Positions 1 to 14,900 of a DNA stretch of 64,000 nt are shown here, one piece after another (position 1 is the stretch's first letter; every line of letters starts with the position of its first letter). Position numbers and translations under genes: made by a program. This stretch comes from Orbicella franksi (lineage: Eukaryota): positions 25,916,001 through 25,980,000 of the forward strand of contig OZ116703.1 of NCBI GenBank assembly GCA_964199315.1. The letters run 5' to 3'. The notes beneath the pieces are model-generated. The model made no database searches and had not been told where the DNA came from. It was given only the letters and a program-made list of their open reading frames with translations.

Positions 1-2937
1 AGATGAAGCTAACATAAACTAGTTTACCTAAATGGTACAACGTGCTGCCGAAGGGAAGGAGGATGTAAGGAGTGTCGACGCAGAGCAGGGTTGTTCCCAT
101 ACAGAACTCCTGATCGTCGGTAACAGGAACAAACTGGTTTATTTAACTTCTCGGGTTTAAGCACTCAGCAGCACTAAGCTTCATTACATTTTTCATTTCT
201 CTCTTACGGACAGACCTCACGCTCTTATACAAGTGCACCCGGAATTTCCAAAAACTTCTCTAAAGAATTAAACAGCTTTGTTGCAAGGTTTCTAAATTCG
301 AATATTACATGAGAAAAGCTAAGATAAATGACATCACTACTAATAATATCTTCGGCATTGTTGCGCGCCGGCAAGACAACCTTTGTCAAAACAGCTAGTG
401 CTGTAAACATGAAATGAAGTCCTTTGTTTTTGTTTTTCATCAGTATTATTCCTCGTAGGTCGTATGCAGTTATAACAACAGAACTACAGCTGCAAATGTC
501 TAATATTTTAACACTGAATGGAAGCAAATGGAAAGACCTGTCGTCCGTGTTTGAATACTTGTGTGAGAGTACATGTCAACCAGTCAACAGCTTCCATACC
601 CTTAATCAATACTATTTAAATATATACTGCACAAATTTTACGTTTTAAGCTTTGAAAGAGGGTTTGGATGGCGTTTAACGGACAGCTGAAATTGATCAAA
701 GTTTAATTGTCAGCTGAAAAATAATTAACGCATTTTTAAAACTTTTAGCCGACGGGTTGAAAATTTAGCTGAGAAGCCCGTGGGCTGACAAGTGAAATTC
801 TAGCGCCCCAAACTAGGAGTACTGTAAAACAGATACAACAAAAAAACCGCTTAATAAGGTTTACTGAAACTGCAACTCTTATGTCGTTTTCAAACAGTTG
901 ATATAAGACTGCAGGGGCGGATCCAGGATTTTTCAAGGGGGGGGGGGTTGGCTAGTACTTTGGGGCTGTAGAATCAATGGAACATGCACCAAAATGTTTC
1001 AATTTGAGAATTGAAACCTAATTGAAAAATGTTGCACCAGAAATACTAACAATGCCACAAACTAGAAAATACGACGAGGTATTTGTCCAGACTTTTTGCC
1101 TTTATTTCTGCCAGAATATTCACAGTCTTTTTCATGTTCACCAAGAGGGGGGTGGCTAGACACCTAATCCCCCCCCCCCACCACCCTAAATATGCCCTGA
1201 ACTACGCTCACAATATGTCGGCAATAGCGCGTGAATAATACAACGTTTATTGAAGAACTTTTGAAGAACTTACTTTCAAAAAGGAAATTCACCTTGAATT
1301 TAACATGTTTTCAAATAATTATAGCTGCTATTTCAGGGAGATTTGCTCGACTTGAATGAAGGTTATGAATATATATTTCGCCGAATAAATACAGTTGAAA
1401 GAACTTTCTTTTGTCTTAAAACAAAATATATTTGCAGTCTGCAGTATACAGACGGTAATTAATAATAACGTTCTATTTACTACCGTGATAAAGGCCGTTA
1501 TTAAAAATCTAGCCCCACGAGCTGGCATAATAACCAAACAGTGTGCTGTCATTGGCTGCCCGAGCAGGTGAGATGGGGCTGCCTAATTGCCCCGTTCGGA
1601 ATTACTTGTTATCTCCAGCGAGAAAATTGCGTCCTTTATGCAATATATTAAATCCTTGTTCGGCAAGAAGGCTGGAAATTGGTCTCGTTGTTTTTCCGCT
1701 TGTTTACAGGAACATGACAATATACAGCCATCTTTACCTCTCGCTTGGTCGATAACCCGTGTATATTGCCTGCGGAGTTTTCCTTTTTTTTTATCCGAAT
1801 GACGTCATTTTAGGTTACCATAGTTACGTAGTTCACTATCGAAAACTTTAGTATCAATTAGTGATAATGAAGTAGTCTTTGAATAAAGATTTAAAAAATG
1901 ACCAGATTATTTTTCATCTTTACCAAAATTATTCGAGTTTCCCAACTTCAGGCAGGTAGTTAGAAACCGTTGTTTTTAACAACTAGGATAAATTAAACCA
2001 AAATAGCGTGTACCAGCGTCTTTTGTGTCCCAAACAATGGCTACTTATTCGACGTTAAAAAGAGCTAGTAAGTTCTGTACCGCGGCAAGATATCGAATAA
2101 CATTTGAAAAGGAAAGATTTTTTTATCGGCAAGGAAATATTTTCATTCGGGCAACGAGAGACAAACGGAGCTCTCTGCGGTCAAAAGAGTGAAACAAAGG
2201 TCGGGGATAATTATATTTCATTCAACATTCAGGCCATGTTCAATGCATACATGCATGGTATTAGTTTCTCTCTTTCTTTTATTTTCGCTTATTATTTAAC
2301 TTTATATGTTGTAAATTCCTCTTTCAGATTACCAGTGTATTATTTCCTCGGCGAAGTTCGTGACAGAGTTAAAATTTTAGTTTGTGTCAGAAACAACTGA
2401 GACTTGAATTTCGTTGTTTGCTCCAGGGCAAACAAACGGGACAGAAGGTTACATAAATTGCAAAATATGCCGCGACTGGGTTCAAAACTCAGGGAGTTAA
2501 TCTAACTTTTTATTTCGCGTTTCAGTGCAAATGTTTGAAATGTCGCTCCCGTCGTTCGAACTTTTCCGACGGTTATAGGAAGAAAAAGCTGATTCACAAA
2601 CTGGAGGTGTCAATACGCAAGAGTTGTAATATGGTCATCCAATAGGAAATGGAGGATTTTGACGGTTAACACACACATCCATCCAGATAGCTAGCTCATT
2701 TTATGCAAATTCATTAAAATTATATTGTGTTGGCCCTTATTGCAAACACTGAAACGTCAAGATGTCAGTGTGACAGCTGGCGCGAGAGATTGAGTTTGAT
2801 GCCTCTAGAAACGAAGACCCTCGAATCTCGAAACTATATCATGATATTTGTCAGTAGAATTTATCTCCGCACATTTTCAGGAAATTTCAGTGATTTTCCG
2901 AGATAGAATCTACAATTTCTGCGGCTCAAAGGCCGAC

Positions 2938-5900
2938 ATGGTCGACTTAAGCTACCCTAAGCGAAAAATATACTGGTTGCTTTTGTTAACGGTATGTTCA
3001 ATTTGGGGTTATGCGCGCTAATATAAGTGAAACTGGGATACCGCAAGTGCACACTTCACACAAAGAAAAGGTCTTCTCTTACAATCCCTTCTTTTTTAGA
3101 CAAAGAGACCAACTTTTTTTGTCTTCTATTTCCTCAACAGTTCAATGTTCTCCTACTTGAAACTCGGGAAGTCAACGCCGGTAAGTTTTTCGCGTTAATA
3201 TTTTAATCTCGCGTTGCAAATTACAGCTCGCACATTTTACGGGAATGGGGGAAGATGTGTTCTCGGAATACTCAACAATTCGTAGATTACCTTTCTTTTT
3301 AAGCTCTCTAATCTTACTAAAAATTAAAAATTTAGCGTTAAGGCCATTTGAGAAAAAAATGATATGCGATGTAGTAAAAATTGTCCTTGGTCAAACCACG
3401 CATTTAATGTTGACACAGCCGGCTTGTACTTCGTATGTTGTCTTGGTCTTCAAAAAAGGCCCTTCATTTCTCTGTTGAAATCTTCTACTGCAAAAAAAGT
3501 CGAAATCACTAGCTAGCACCTTTAAAAATTGCATTTATCAGGGAATTTTCCACAGACAATGCATACTGTCGTTTCATCAAAGGAAAATCCCCACTCGATA
3601 GTTTCGCATCTCGAATTTAATGCCTAGTAATTATTGTTCGCGTTAAAGGCAAAATCTTAGTACAGTAACTCCTAGATGGAATGGCAAACCTATAATCTCC
3701 CCATAGTTGATGCGATTCAGTTTTTCAATGTGCTAAATATTAATCTGCCACTGAAAAGACCAGCTTTTCGTAACGGTGTTTGAGCCCAACTACCTATGAT
3801 GAGCGAGATCTCAGAGTCGACGGACCTATACTTAATTTTACATCTTTTTCGATTTTTGCGCCGTCAGTGCAGAGTTCAAATTCCCTCGCTCTTATTTGGG
3901 GGAACCTTCTGTATGGCTCTCAATACAAATTGTGATACGATTCAACAGACAGACGAATTTATCAGACAGTGCAGTTTTTAAGCCGAGCGCTACTAACGAC
4001 AGGTTTCCCAATTGAACACAGTTGGAGGTTTTCAGAATTTATTACGGGTTTGCAATAGATTATCACTGGGATTTATTCACCCCTTTTTTAAACCCCGTTT
4101 ACCGATTCCTTGGGTTTGTAACCTGCGTCTCTTTGTGAAACAAAATCTGCCGCAATTTAATTGTTCGGCCAGTTTGCAAGTTTCAATCGCCTCCGCTATA
4201 GATTATTTCTGTGACAGTTGTCTTGTTTCCTTTGCTGCGGCTTACCAGATTTAAAGTCATGGAAATTTAGATGTCTGATACATACTTAATATCCTATCGT
4301 AACTTCTAAGCGAAAAAACAAGAAAACATGCGAAAGTTCATTACGAAATGCGAGGGAGTTCTCTTCCTTCGTCAATAATTTCGAAATAATGTAGTAACAT
4401 CGCTGAGAGATGAATTTTGCGCGTTATTTTTCATTCAGTAATGCCTGTCGCATTTCGTTGGTAGTTGTGTCGATCAAATGTTTTCATTTCTTTAATCTTA
4501 ATCTGTAATGTTTCTCGATAACGTAATAACCAGGAACTTCGTCACAACATTAAACTCATAAATAGTCTAAATATGCAACGCAAATATGGAACCCGTTTAG
4601 CGATTAAAAAAGATGAAATTACTGAAATGATAAAGAATTACTTTTAAGTTTCTTTGAAACATGCCCGACAAGTCTCTCGCAATCGCATCCGTGAGTGTTG
4701 ATCGTTTCTTTCTTTTTCAATGATTGTTTGGCCAAAAAAAAACGAAAGAAAATTCAGTTGTTTTTTTACTTCTGTCAACATCCATATAATCTACGTAAAA
4801 TAGCATTTACTTAAAGTATACTGACGTAGTGCTGTCAATTTGCTGTTCGTTTTGAGTCGTTTTTTTACTTTTCCAATCACTTTGCTTGCATTTTAAATGA
4901 AATAATTGGAACGAAAAAGATTTATGCTGACTGCGCGAAGACATGAGACGACGCTTAAGCCTTTCAAACGTGATTAAAGTAGTGCTTTGTTAAGTAAGGT
5001 AGGAAGCTAAATATAGCATGGAAGCTTGCTCCTAAAAAGCTGCAAACAGCTGGCTTTAATTCGAGAAATAGCATTTCGTAGAACAGCAATGATATTTATC
5101 TTTCAACCATCCGGTTCTACCTCTATGCAACTGCAGGGCGAATACAAAATTTAGCGCGAAAATTAAGCTGTGTGTATTTTTTTGAGCAGTTTCAACGCGC
5201 TCAATTAATTTGTTATAGGAAATTTTCGAGGCCTTTCTTCGAACTGAAATCGCGTGCGTGCGATTCAGTCGAAAAATGCAGAAACCTTTGCCAATATTCG
5301 AGTCTGTTTATTTGCGATTTTTCCCAAAGAAACTAATGAAAAAGTCGTTTACGAAGATCACGTTGAAATTTCTGTGTTTGTTGTGTGTTTTATTATATCA
5401 CTGAGGAATGTTACGATTGGCTAGATGAAGTTACATTTAATCAAACAAGAATGCATTTCTCTAGGAAACTTTTTGTGTGAATCAAGTTGTTTACCCATGC
5501 TGAAGGTGGGATTTGGTGTTTCAAATAAACCGCGAAATTAATTACATTACTACATTTTTCTAGCGTTAATGGAGGGATTGTATGTGATGTCGAGTTAAAT
5601 GTTTAAATCAAGAGTTGTTTCTAGCAAATGGAAATGCCCCAGCGTGTTCGACCAGGCCAGCAACGCAGAAAAAATGAAACGCTTCTAAATTCCGTAATTG
5701 CAGCAACTCTCGGAAACAACATAGGAGTGATAACACGGTGAAAATAATTAAAAGAAGTCGCAGGTGTTAATAAATACGACTCTTCTGTTCTTCAACTAAA
5801 GGACTAAAAACTTTCCCCGTTAACTCCTCGCCAGTACAAAGGGCATTGCATTTCTACTATTTTTGCATTCATTATTTTCTATAAGTTATTCAAATGCATA

Positions 5901-8900
5901 ATAATGAGACTGGTTTCATGTGATCAATGCGATCATAACGATCGCAAATATCGTAGCGATCATAACGATCGCAAATATCGCAGCGATCATAACGATCGCA
6001 AATATCGTAGCGATCATCACAATCGAAAATATCGTAGCGATCATAGCGATCGCAAATATCGTAGCGATCATAACGATTGCAAATGTAGCGATCGCAAATA
6101 TCTTAGTGATCATATCGATCGCAGATATCGTAGCGGTGACGATGGCAAATATCGCAGGGATCATAACGATCGAAAACAACATTTTCGATCGTAACGATCG
6201 AAAATATAGTAGCGTTCGTAACGATCGCAAAACTCGCAGCGATTGTAGTTATCGCAAATATCCTAGCGATCGTAACGCCAGATCACATAAACACTGAACT
6301 TTAGTTTCGAAGAGAGAAAAACGTTTTCGACAAACTAACTGGCAACATAACACGTAACTGGCTTGTTTTGTTGACCAAAAGGACTCACCAACCTGTATGC
6401 GGCGTGAGCATTTTGTTAATAGTCTTAATGCATTATTCCTTTTCATTAGACATCCAGACAAGAAGAAACGCCCGTCTCATCCATAAGTTGTAAAATGTCG
6501 TGACCAGCTGTTAAACAGAAATTTCCTCGTGAGTGAAAATAGCCAAAAATTATAACAGAATTCGTCTAGATAGGTTTTCCCCTAATTTCTGAATGGAAAT
6601 TAACTTACCCATTTTGCAAATATCAAATGCTTTTTGATCACGTGCCACTCTCAAAATGAACCACAAAGAAGATAATTTTGTTTTAACGGAAACGCGCAAT
6701 TTTTCATCATTATTTCATTGTGTTTCAGGTAAAATGTTTGTATATTCAGATTCAGATCTAGATTTTTACCAATTTCACTATCTACAAATCTTACACTGCC
6801 ACCACGAGCAAGGAAAACATAGTCATTACATGGAAAAAAAAATGTACAACTGAAAGCAAATAAGATCTTTACAGTCACCAAAGTAGCTTTTAAAGCTTTC
6901 GAGTTAGTCACTGACACATGCAAACAGCTTAGAGTTACATGGCGTTCTTTATATTTTCAATGTTTTAAGAACATTCACAGATGCTTATCACTTAATTGAA
7001 ATTTCATTACCATTTTCAGGTAACAATTTCCAGGTCTTTCTGCTGCCGAAAGTTATTTTCAGCATCTCTTTCAAGCGTTTTGTCCTGTTCTCCATCACCA
7101 TTCGAAATAATTATTCAGTCTTTAAGCAATCCCTTATCTTCACTTCTTGTCTTTCTTCAATTTAACATTTATCAACCGTAATTCAGCATTATTTTAATGG
7201 TTTGCATGTATAACAGTCCTATAGACCTTTTATGGTTTCGTATTCGCGTCAGTACAAGAGAAGATAAATGGTGATAGAGTTAATCTCCCATACGAGGAGT
7301 TATTTTTAGACATGGTGCCCAGTTCTTCCTCGTGGATGGTTTCGTGGACGATAAGAATAAGAGAATCTTTGTTTACAAAATTTGCCACATTAGCATAAGC
7401 GATATAGTTTCTGACGGAGTTATAAAAACACTAGTTCTGAATATTGAAAGGTATACAAGGCGATTAATGGTCCTAAGAATTTGTGCCCGATGTATTGAAT
7501 ACTTTTTTGTGCGACGCGGGTTTAAAATTTTTTTGCAAAGAATGTATCAGCTCATTAGCTCCTTTGCCACCCAGAAATTTTGCAGTTTTTGAAAGACAAT
7601 TTCCCCTCAAATATTACACCCAAAGACCCAAACACTTCACTAAGTACTAAGTTTCACAAGCTCTTGAAATGTTTGTAGTCAATTAGTGTCTAACGCGACC
7701 TCTTCTCTGCGCAAAGTCGTATGTGTTAACAACGACGTCAGCAAAGATTCGCCACTACGTGTAAAACCATTTATGCTGTTCACGTTAAGAAAACCCATGT
7801 CACAGGATTGGCTATTTGTGGAATTATCTTAAAATAACTTAAGAATGATAAGAATAACTTAAGAATGATAACCTTGTTAATAAGGCCTACATAAGAATTA
7901 TAGGGATTAACTCTCTCGGTTACTCTTCATTCCCTCATTTATCAGAACTAATATTCCATAATCTTGAGGCAGAGTTTTTAAATGGTTTCCACATGTTGAT
8001 AATGACTTTTCACAGCTCTATTCACAACCTTCAGCTGTTTAGTAGTTTCCAAAGATCGCTTTTTTAGTCTTTATGTTCTCCTAAGGTTTTAATTCAAGAA
8101 ATAATATCGTTATGTTCATTTCACTTAGGGGCAAAGAAACCAGTTCAAAAAAACGTCTTCAGTTTAAGCTCTCCCTGTTCTGTTTTTAGGCACCATGATT
8201 TTTTAAACGAAATGTATATCGGTATTGAACTAGCGCGAGGTCCGGTTGAGTTCCGGTTGAGTTCCTGTTGGTGCAAGGGCAAGTAAGTAAAAGAGAAAAC
8301 ATTTTTGTTCCAATCTTTCGTGTTTCCGTTACAGACTGGTACCTGGGTTGTTTTATCGAGAAACCTCAAGACCGCGCTTTCAACATTTCCGCCGGAAACT
8401 ACATTGTGTCGGACACTTCCGCCCAAGAATGCACTTCCGCTTGTGCTTTTTTGAACCAATCATACGCGGCCACTGAAGGAGAACTGTGCTTCTGTGCCAG
8501 TGGCGCTTACAACACATATGGTAAAGCCTCGAACGAAAGTCAGTGTGATATGACATGCTCAGTACTACCATGCAGTGACACGTCATACATCCGGGTCTAC
8601 TCAACCCAAGATGCAATTGGAGAGCTTAAAGTGTATGGACCACACACTGGATGGTTATTACAGGAAGTCAATTTTACGACAACCCTTGGTAAAGGTAAGG
8701 AAACTGATCACGCTGTTGTAAACGAGTCTAGCACATAAACTCGCTTAAACTTCCTTGATTTTTCTATCTTTTAAATCATTGTAATAGGTCACAGAATCGC
8801 CCTATCCGGTGTCAAAATAACCTAAAAGGGGTAGATTTAGCCCCCCCCCCCCCTCCCCCGAGCCCCTTTTTTCCCTTGTATTTTCGAAAAGGACGAAAAG

Positions 8901-11900
8901 AAAATTAATCAACCATCATTTTTCAGTTAAGCTTGTTTTGGGGGAAGAGAATGGGTTTGCGCTCTTCCGCAATTTCTTAGACCCCCTCTATCTAAATTTT
9001 CTGGATCTGGCTCTGCCTAAAACGGCATGACTTAGCGCGACAGAAATAGGTAAAATAGTATCACCTAGCGTGACAGGATCGTGTAAACTAGTGTACCAAA
9101 AGGTGACCGAACTGGTGCCTGATATGAATGACCAAGCGAGGCAGAACTGCCCGCAACAGAGTCTGGGGGAATTAAGTGTTTTTACCCCTGTAAACTCCCT
9201 GAAGGAAATAACTTACCTTGCGCAGCAGGCAGGCTAAATTAGAAACAGGACTGAGCGCAAGTTTTCTTCATTTCACCCTTGCCAAACTCAAATCATTGTT
9301 CCCTTAATAAAACTGAAATACTCATTTTCAGGAGACAACAACGTGTCGTACACGTTTGACTTTGGTGACGGCTCTTACGTATTGACCACGTGTTTTGAAG
9401 CCACGCACGTGTACACACGCGTGGGATACTTCCACGTGAAGGCATCCGCAAGGACCAATATGTCGGGCCCAATAATGGGGTCTACATGGGTATTCATTCA
9501 AAGCTCCACGGGTAAAGTGACCCTGGAGTATCCACAAGGGATTGTTGAAGCTGAAAACGAGACGGAGATTGTAGTGAGCATTAGTCAAGGAACCTGGATG
9601 GAGGCTAGCTTTTTCACGCCGACTGCAAAACTTAAGTCGAGGAAGTTCAACGTGTCCGGTAAGACTGGTTGCAGGTCGCAAAGAATTGAAGTTTTACATG
9701 CTTTTAAGTGGTTTTTTCATTTAACACGATACACTTACTAACTGGTCCCTTGGGAAACAGTTAGCTTTTGTAATCGTCTCGGTAAATAACGAGATTCTCG
9801 GAAAAAAGAAACTAACCATGTTTCCCAAGGGAGCAGTAATTGTTTTGTTACACAGCTGGAGTTTAGTGCAAAGTTATAAGTCAAGGATAGGTCAAAATAG
9901 AGTATGGTTAATGGGAGAGCGGGCGACCATTTCTTTTAAAATTGTTGCCCGCTGGGCAACATTTAGGTTTACCCATTGCCACGTGACCATAAATCAACCA
10001 ATGAAATTCGAAACGCGTGTTAGATTCAACTCAACTCCAGATAACAATACGGTATATTTTCACCTAGGATGTATTCTCGTCGCGTAAATATGAGCAGCTT
10101 GGTACAAAACTACACTGCTCGAACACTATAAAGGAGAATATTATGCAACAGTTACAGATCACAAATTTTGTTTTCATTTGCGTTTTTGTTTTGTCCCTTA
10201 ATCTGTGTACCTATCTAATGATTATTCATGTCATTACCACGCTGTGGTTTCCGCAGACGCCATAGTACACGATATAGGATCGTCAGCGACATTGGGAAAC
10301 GACAGCAATTCCCCAGAAACAGGCGGAGCCTATGTAATCCCTTCCGCCATGATGACAAAAGATGGCTACATACTGGCTTGGGAGTTGTTTACCTCTAAAC
10401 TAGGACCCATTCGCTTGCAGGTAGGTTTCCAAGCTACCATGTTACTTACGATTCCTTGGCGGAAGAGGTTAAACGAAAGCGTGATCTGAGGGTCCTCGTC
10501 ACCAGTCCCTTTGAAGGTGTCTTACTACAGTTTTGAGCTAGCAGAGGAACCCAGACATTATGAAATAGGCGAAATTAAACTTCTTTTTATTTGTGAAAAT
10601 CCGATTTACAGATTGGTAACAATATTTTTTTTTCTGTATTAATGATTAATCAGAGCTAATTTCTAATTCCTTAAATTTTGAGGTATAGGGTAGTTCGGAT
10701 CTCTATATTTTGAGAAAACGAATTTAAAACATTTTGGCTTTTATTAGCATTTGTATTGTTCATGTGTCGCATATAATAGTTTAAGGCTTGAGCAATCAGT
10801 AATTAGAGAAAAACACTTTACAAAAGAGTCCACAGTTGGATTCTTGTACTCGCTCAAAACTGTAGTAAACCACCTTTAGTCACGTGATTGACATCACCAA
10901 GAAGGCAGGAACTGAAGCAGTGAGATAAACCTTTCATTTTTGCGATTAACATCTAAGAAACACACACCTGTTTCTCATTTTAATTCCAGGTTTACCGTCC
11001 CAGTTGTTCCTCCGCCAGCTCGCATTTTTGTCCAAGAAACCACTCGTGTATACCCAAGGCAGAAAAGTGTGTTAGCACCAGTCTCTTCAGCTGCCCGGCA
11101 AACAGCATCTGCATGGGGTCTGGGGGATGCTTGTCTACATGTCAAATACATAACGTTTCGTTCCCTTTCAGTTCGTCTCCTCCGGCAGACTACGTCATTG
11201 TTGCAGGTACGTTATAGGGTTATGTCACACGTGGTAAAACAGCATCTTTGCGTGACATTTTGCGTGACAACTGACGTTTGAAGTGGTATCAAACTGGCGC
11301 AAGACTTGTCTCCCAAATATTTCGACTCCAAGGTCACTCAGTCAAATCGCTTAACAACAAGGTGTGAAGAAGGCTTCCTAACAGAGCTAACCATCATCTG
11401 TTTGCTTGCAGAGACTCATCTAAATATCGAAAAACTCGGTAAAAATCTCATCGTGTCCGCACCCGAGAATGCCACTAAAGTGCAAGCCGGTGACGTCATT
11501 GGTTGGGCGGGTGACATCTCCTCTGGAGCACTGGCGTTTGAACAAACGACCAACGATCCTTCGTTCTTTTATTCCGGCTCAAAGTTCAACCTTTCTGTGG
11601 GAGACTTTTTGGCTGCTTCAGGGGGAGCTACTCCGTATGATATCAAACATGTGTTACGAGCTCATGTTTCCCAGCCCTCGCAGGCAGCTGTTAATGTGAG
11701 TTTTATTGGAGCAGGCATTCACAAAGTGACTACTGGCGTAGAAAACGAGGCTGTAAATGTACTGCAGACTTGTGAGGTGTCCGTCCAGGTACCGTCTTAA
11801 TCTATTTTAATTTACTTTGGTTTTATTGATCACAATGGTCAGTTGCACTGATCAGAAGTGGGCGTTAGTTGAAAACGAAAGTCCTCTTAAAAAATGGCTC

Positions 11901-14900
11901 ATTTTGACTTTCTTGAGCCGCGAAATAATTTCCTTTGGGCCTTTTTGTAAAAAACAGAGTACCGTGTGGGTTTGTTTAGTTTGCGAAAGTAAACTAAATT
12001 GGACTTGTTTGAAACGTTACAAAGGCCCGTGATAAACTGGTACCTTCTTGTACCTTTTCGTCAACACAGTACTATCCAATTGTTCCTTTCCGATACGCCT
12101 TAAAGTACCTTTTGGCGAAATGGTAGGTAAATAGGAATTTCTGTTAGTTGAACGATTTGGTAGGTACCAACACAGACGACCCGCTTTTTGGTGAACCTTG
12201 CCTGCATATCAGGCGAATTTGGTCTTCCCAAGGTTCGTATTTGTGCAAGAGGCAGTCGATACGATCAGGTATTTATTGTACCTAAATTCAGCCATCAGGT
12301 CGGTGACTCACAGGCGGGCAGGATGTCATGTCAGTAGACACGGCTTCCGATTGGTTAACCGGGAATATGGGTACGGTAAAACCGAGGGCGTGAGTAGCAG
12401 AGCTTGGGAAAAGCTATAAGTGAGATACATCCTACAAGGTCATGATTATTTTCCGCTTTGCATTTCTTCTAGGAGCGCATCGAAAATCTCAAAATAATGA
12501 CACCATTCACAAACGTGAGCTATGCAACAGGGCAGAAAATCCGCCTACAGAGCGCCACAGACAAAGGAAGCAATGTGAGCTACGTATGGACAACGAAAGG
12601 AACAAGTTATCCCCTGGAAAACCCCGAAGTAGTCTACGATCACATTGGTGAGAGTACAAAAAAAAAACTCATAGTCGTGAATAGATCCGGGGGCGACTCC
12701 CATATAAAAAGGGCGGGGTGGTCGCCGGAAATTTTGAAAAGAATCCCTAAGAGGTACCAAAATCTTGTTTTGAGGGCGTGGCTTTACCCCTGAGAGGAAC
12801 CAAATCTAAAACAACACATTATCTCCTGTCATATTTTTTCGGTTCAATAGCCTCAAGGGTACACCATAAGCTCCCGCTGTGGACCTTTTGAGGCTGAAAA
12901 CCCTAAGAGGCACCAAAACCGCTTTTTTAACCCCTAAAAGGTGCGACGAGCATCCCTACCGGGGGATAGATCCTTCTTTTAAACAGTAACATTGCTATTT
13001 CAATGCAAGGTGCGTTTTTCTAAAAGCGTGTTTGATTTATCGTTTTATTGTGAGTGATATTCCATTGCAGGTTTCTTTCCAATTTCTGTCCACGCCAGCA
13101 ACAACATAAGCTCGGCGTTCGCCGCTTTAGTAATAAGGATACTCAAGCCAGCGTCATTAGCATGGAGGGAGAGACCACCGTCGGAGATTAACGTGGACCA
13201 AACATTTAATTTAACGGTCGTCGTAAACGGAACAAACGTTACGATAACCGTAGACTTTGGTGACGGGTCACCGGCTTACGAGGCCTTCTACGAGTCAGCT
13301 GAAAACACTCCTATTAACGTTTCACATAGGTGAGTGAAAACTTTCTCTTTTTAACGAGAATAGATGTTTTTACATTTCAGACATTTCAGTTAGCTTGAAA
13401 GTTTAGATTTTGCAAACTTGTGACACTTGGCAGCGGCAGTTTTGGCGGGAAAAGCGCTCAAGCTTGCAACCGGAGTCTAACGCTGTAAACTTGAAATGTC
13501 GATTCGCGATTGGTTTTTCATGTTGCTCCTCACTGATTGGTTGAAAATCAAAATTACCAATCTCATTGGTTAGAGCATTTAGGTGTAATGTTCACGAAAC
13601 GCGAAAGGAATTAAAACTGAAGAAACTGCCGGGGGGTACTCCCTTGTAAGGGCTATATAGGTATGTGCGGCCCCAAAGGGCGTGGTTCTTTAGACGTTTT
13701 GGTAAGAAATAGGGGAAGGATTTTAGGAGGCCGCCCGCACACTCCCACCCAATCTTTCTGGGAGTATCCCCTTCGGGAGAAACTGCTCTCGACAATTTAT
13801 GAAAACGTCTCTGCAAACCTCCGTACAGCATCAGAACAACTGATTAAGTTGTGATTTCCTTTTTTCTTAGTTACACTAAGTACGGAAAGAAGATTGGTTC
13901 TATCAAGGCAAAGAACAACATATCAACATCTCCATTGCCATTACAATTTACTGTTCAAGTCATGGGTGAAATAGGTGAGATTTTGATACAGCTTCACCCT
14001 GCACCAACCGTCGAGAAAGTGTTAAAAATTGCTACTAAACAACAGTTCGAAGTCGGTATATCTGTCTCTGTTAAGCAGGCGGTGAACTACACGTTTGATT
14101 TTGGGGAAGACTCATTATCTACGGACGTTGTCACCGACGATGGCGACACGAAGGTAACACACACGTACGACAAGGAAGGTGAATATAACATCACGATAAC
14201 AGCACGTGTGTTTGAGTACAAAGAAGAAAGGTTTGTTCACGTAACAGCCCGGCCGTGTGGTCCACCAGCGATATATTTTCCAAACAGCTACACAGAGAAA
14301 GACCCTCAAATTATCACCAGAGGGACTGAAATTGATTTCTTGAAAATCCGCGTAGAGAAGCCAACGGAGTGCTCCCAGGAATTAGTAGATCCTAAATATT
14401 TGTGGAATATCTCTCCCTCGCCAGTTCAACCAATTTCCAAGGCTGATATGGAGGGGGCGTCCTTCGAACTAGAACCGAGGCGTCTGGATAGCGGAAACTA
14501 CTCTGTCACGCTAAACATTAGCTACAATGACACAAAAATCACTCAGACTGAGGAGAAATACTGGTTTAACACTCACCTTAGAGTCGTAAGCTCTCAACTC
14601 GTGGCTTCAATCAGCGGGGGCAGTGCTCTAGAAATTGATTCAAGCACAAAGACCTCACTGAAACTCGACGCGTCGAATTCTTTTGACCCGGACAACCGTG
14701 ACGGTAAATTGAACTTCGATTGGATGTGCAGGTTTGAGCACAATTCAGTGCTGGCAGTTCCAGATGAACTTTGCAATTCGACCGTGTTCGTCAAACCTCC
14801 TGGTGTCGGCGATCAGGGCATCGTGACGCTCCGTGTAAACAGATTTCGGGAAAATGTCACGTACGTCTTCAAGGTGACAGTGAGTGAAGGCTCGCGATCC

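Noticed and set aside
1510-1802. ORFs 1543-1755 and 1587-1802 as a small gene
   Set aside because: No recognisable domain or splice context; the segment looks like a dispersed non-coding repeat.
5904-6297. Three overlapping ORFs of 96-125 aa, one looking like a membrane protein
   Set aside because: By-product of the stop-free 27-bp repeat inside intron 2; no splice support or unique domain.
8190-8282. Possible extra polycystin exon (TTTTAG acceptor, GTAAGT donor)
   Set aside because: Its open frame is phase 2/2 while the intron is phase 1; the required frame hits TAA at once. Exon 2 joins exon 3 cleanly without it.
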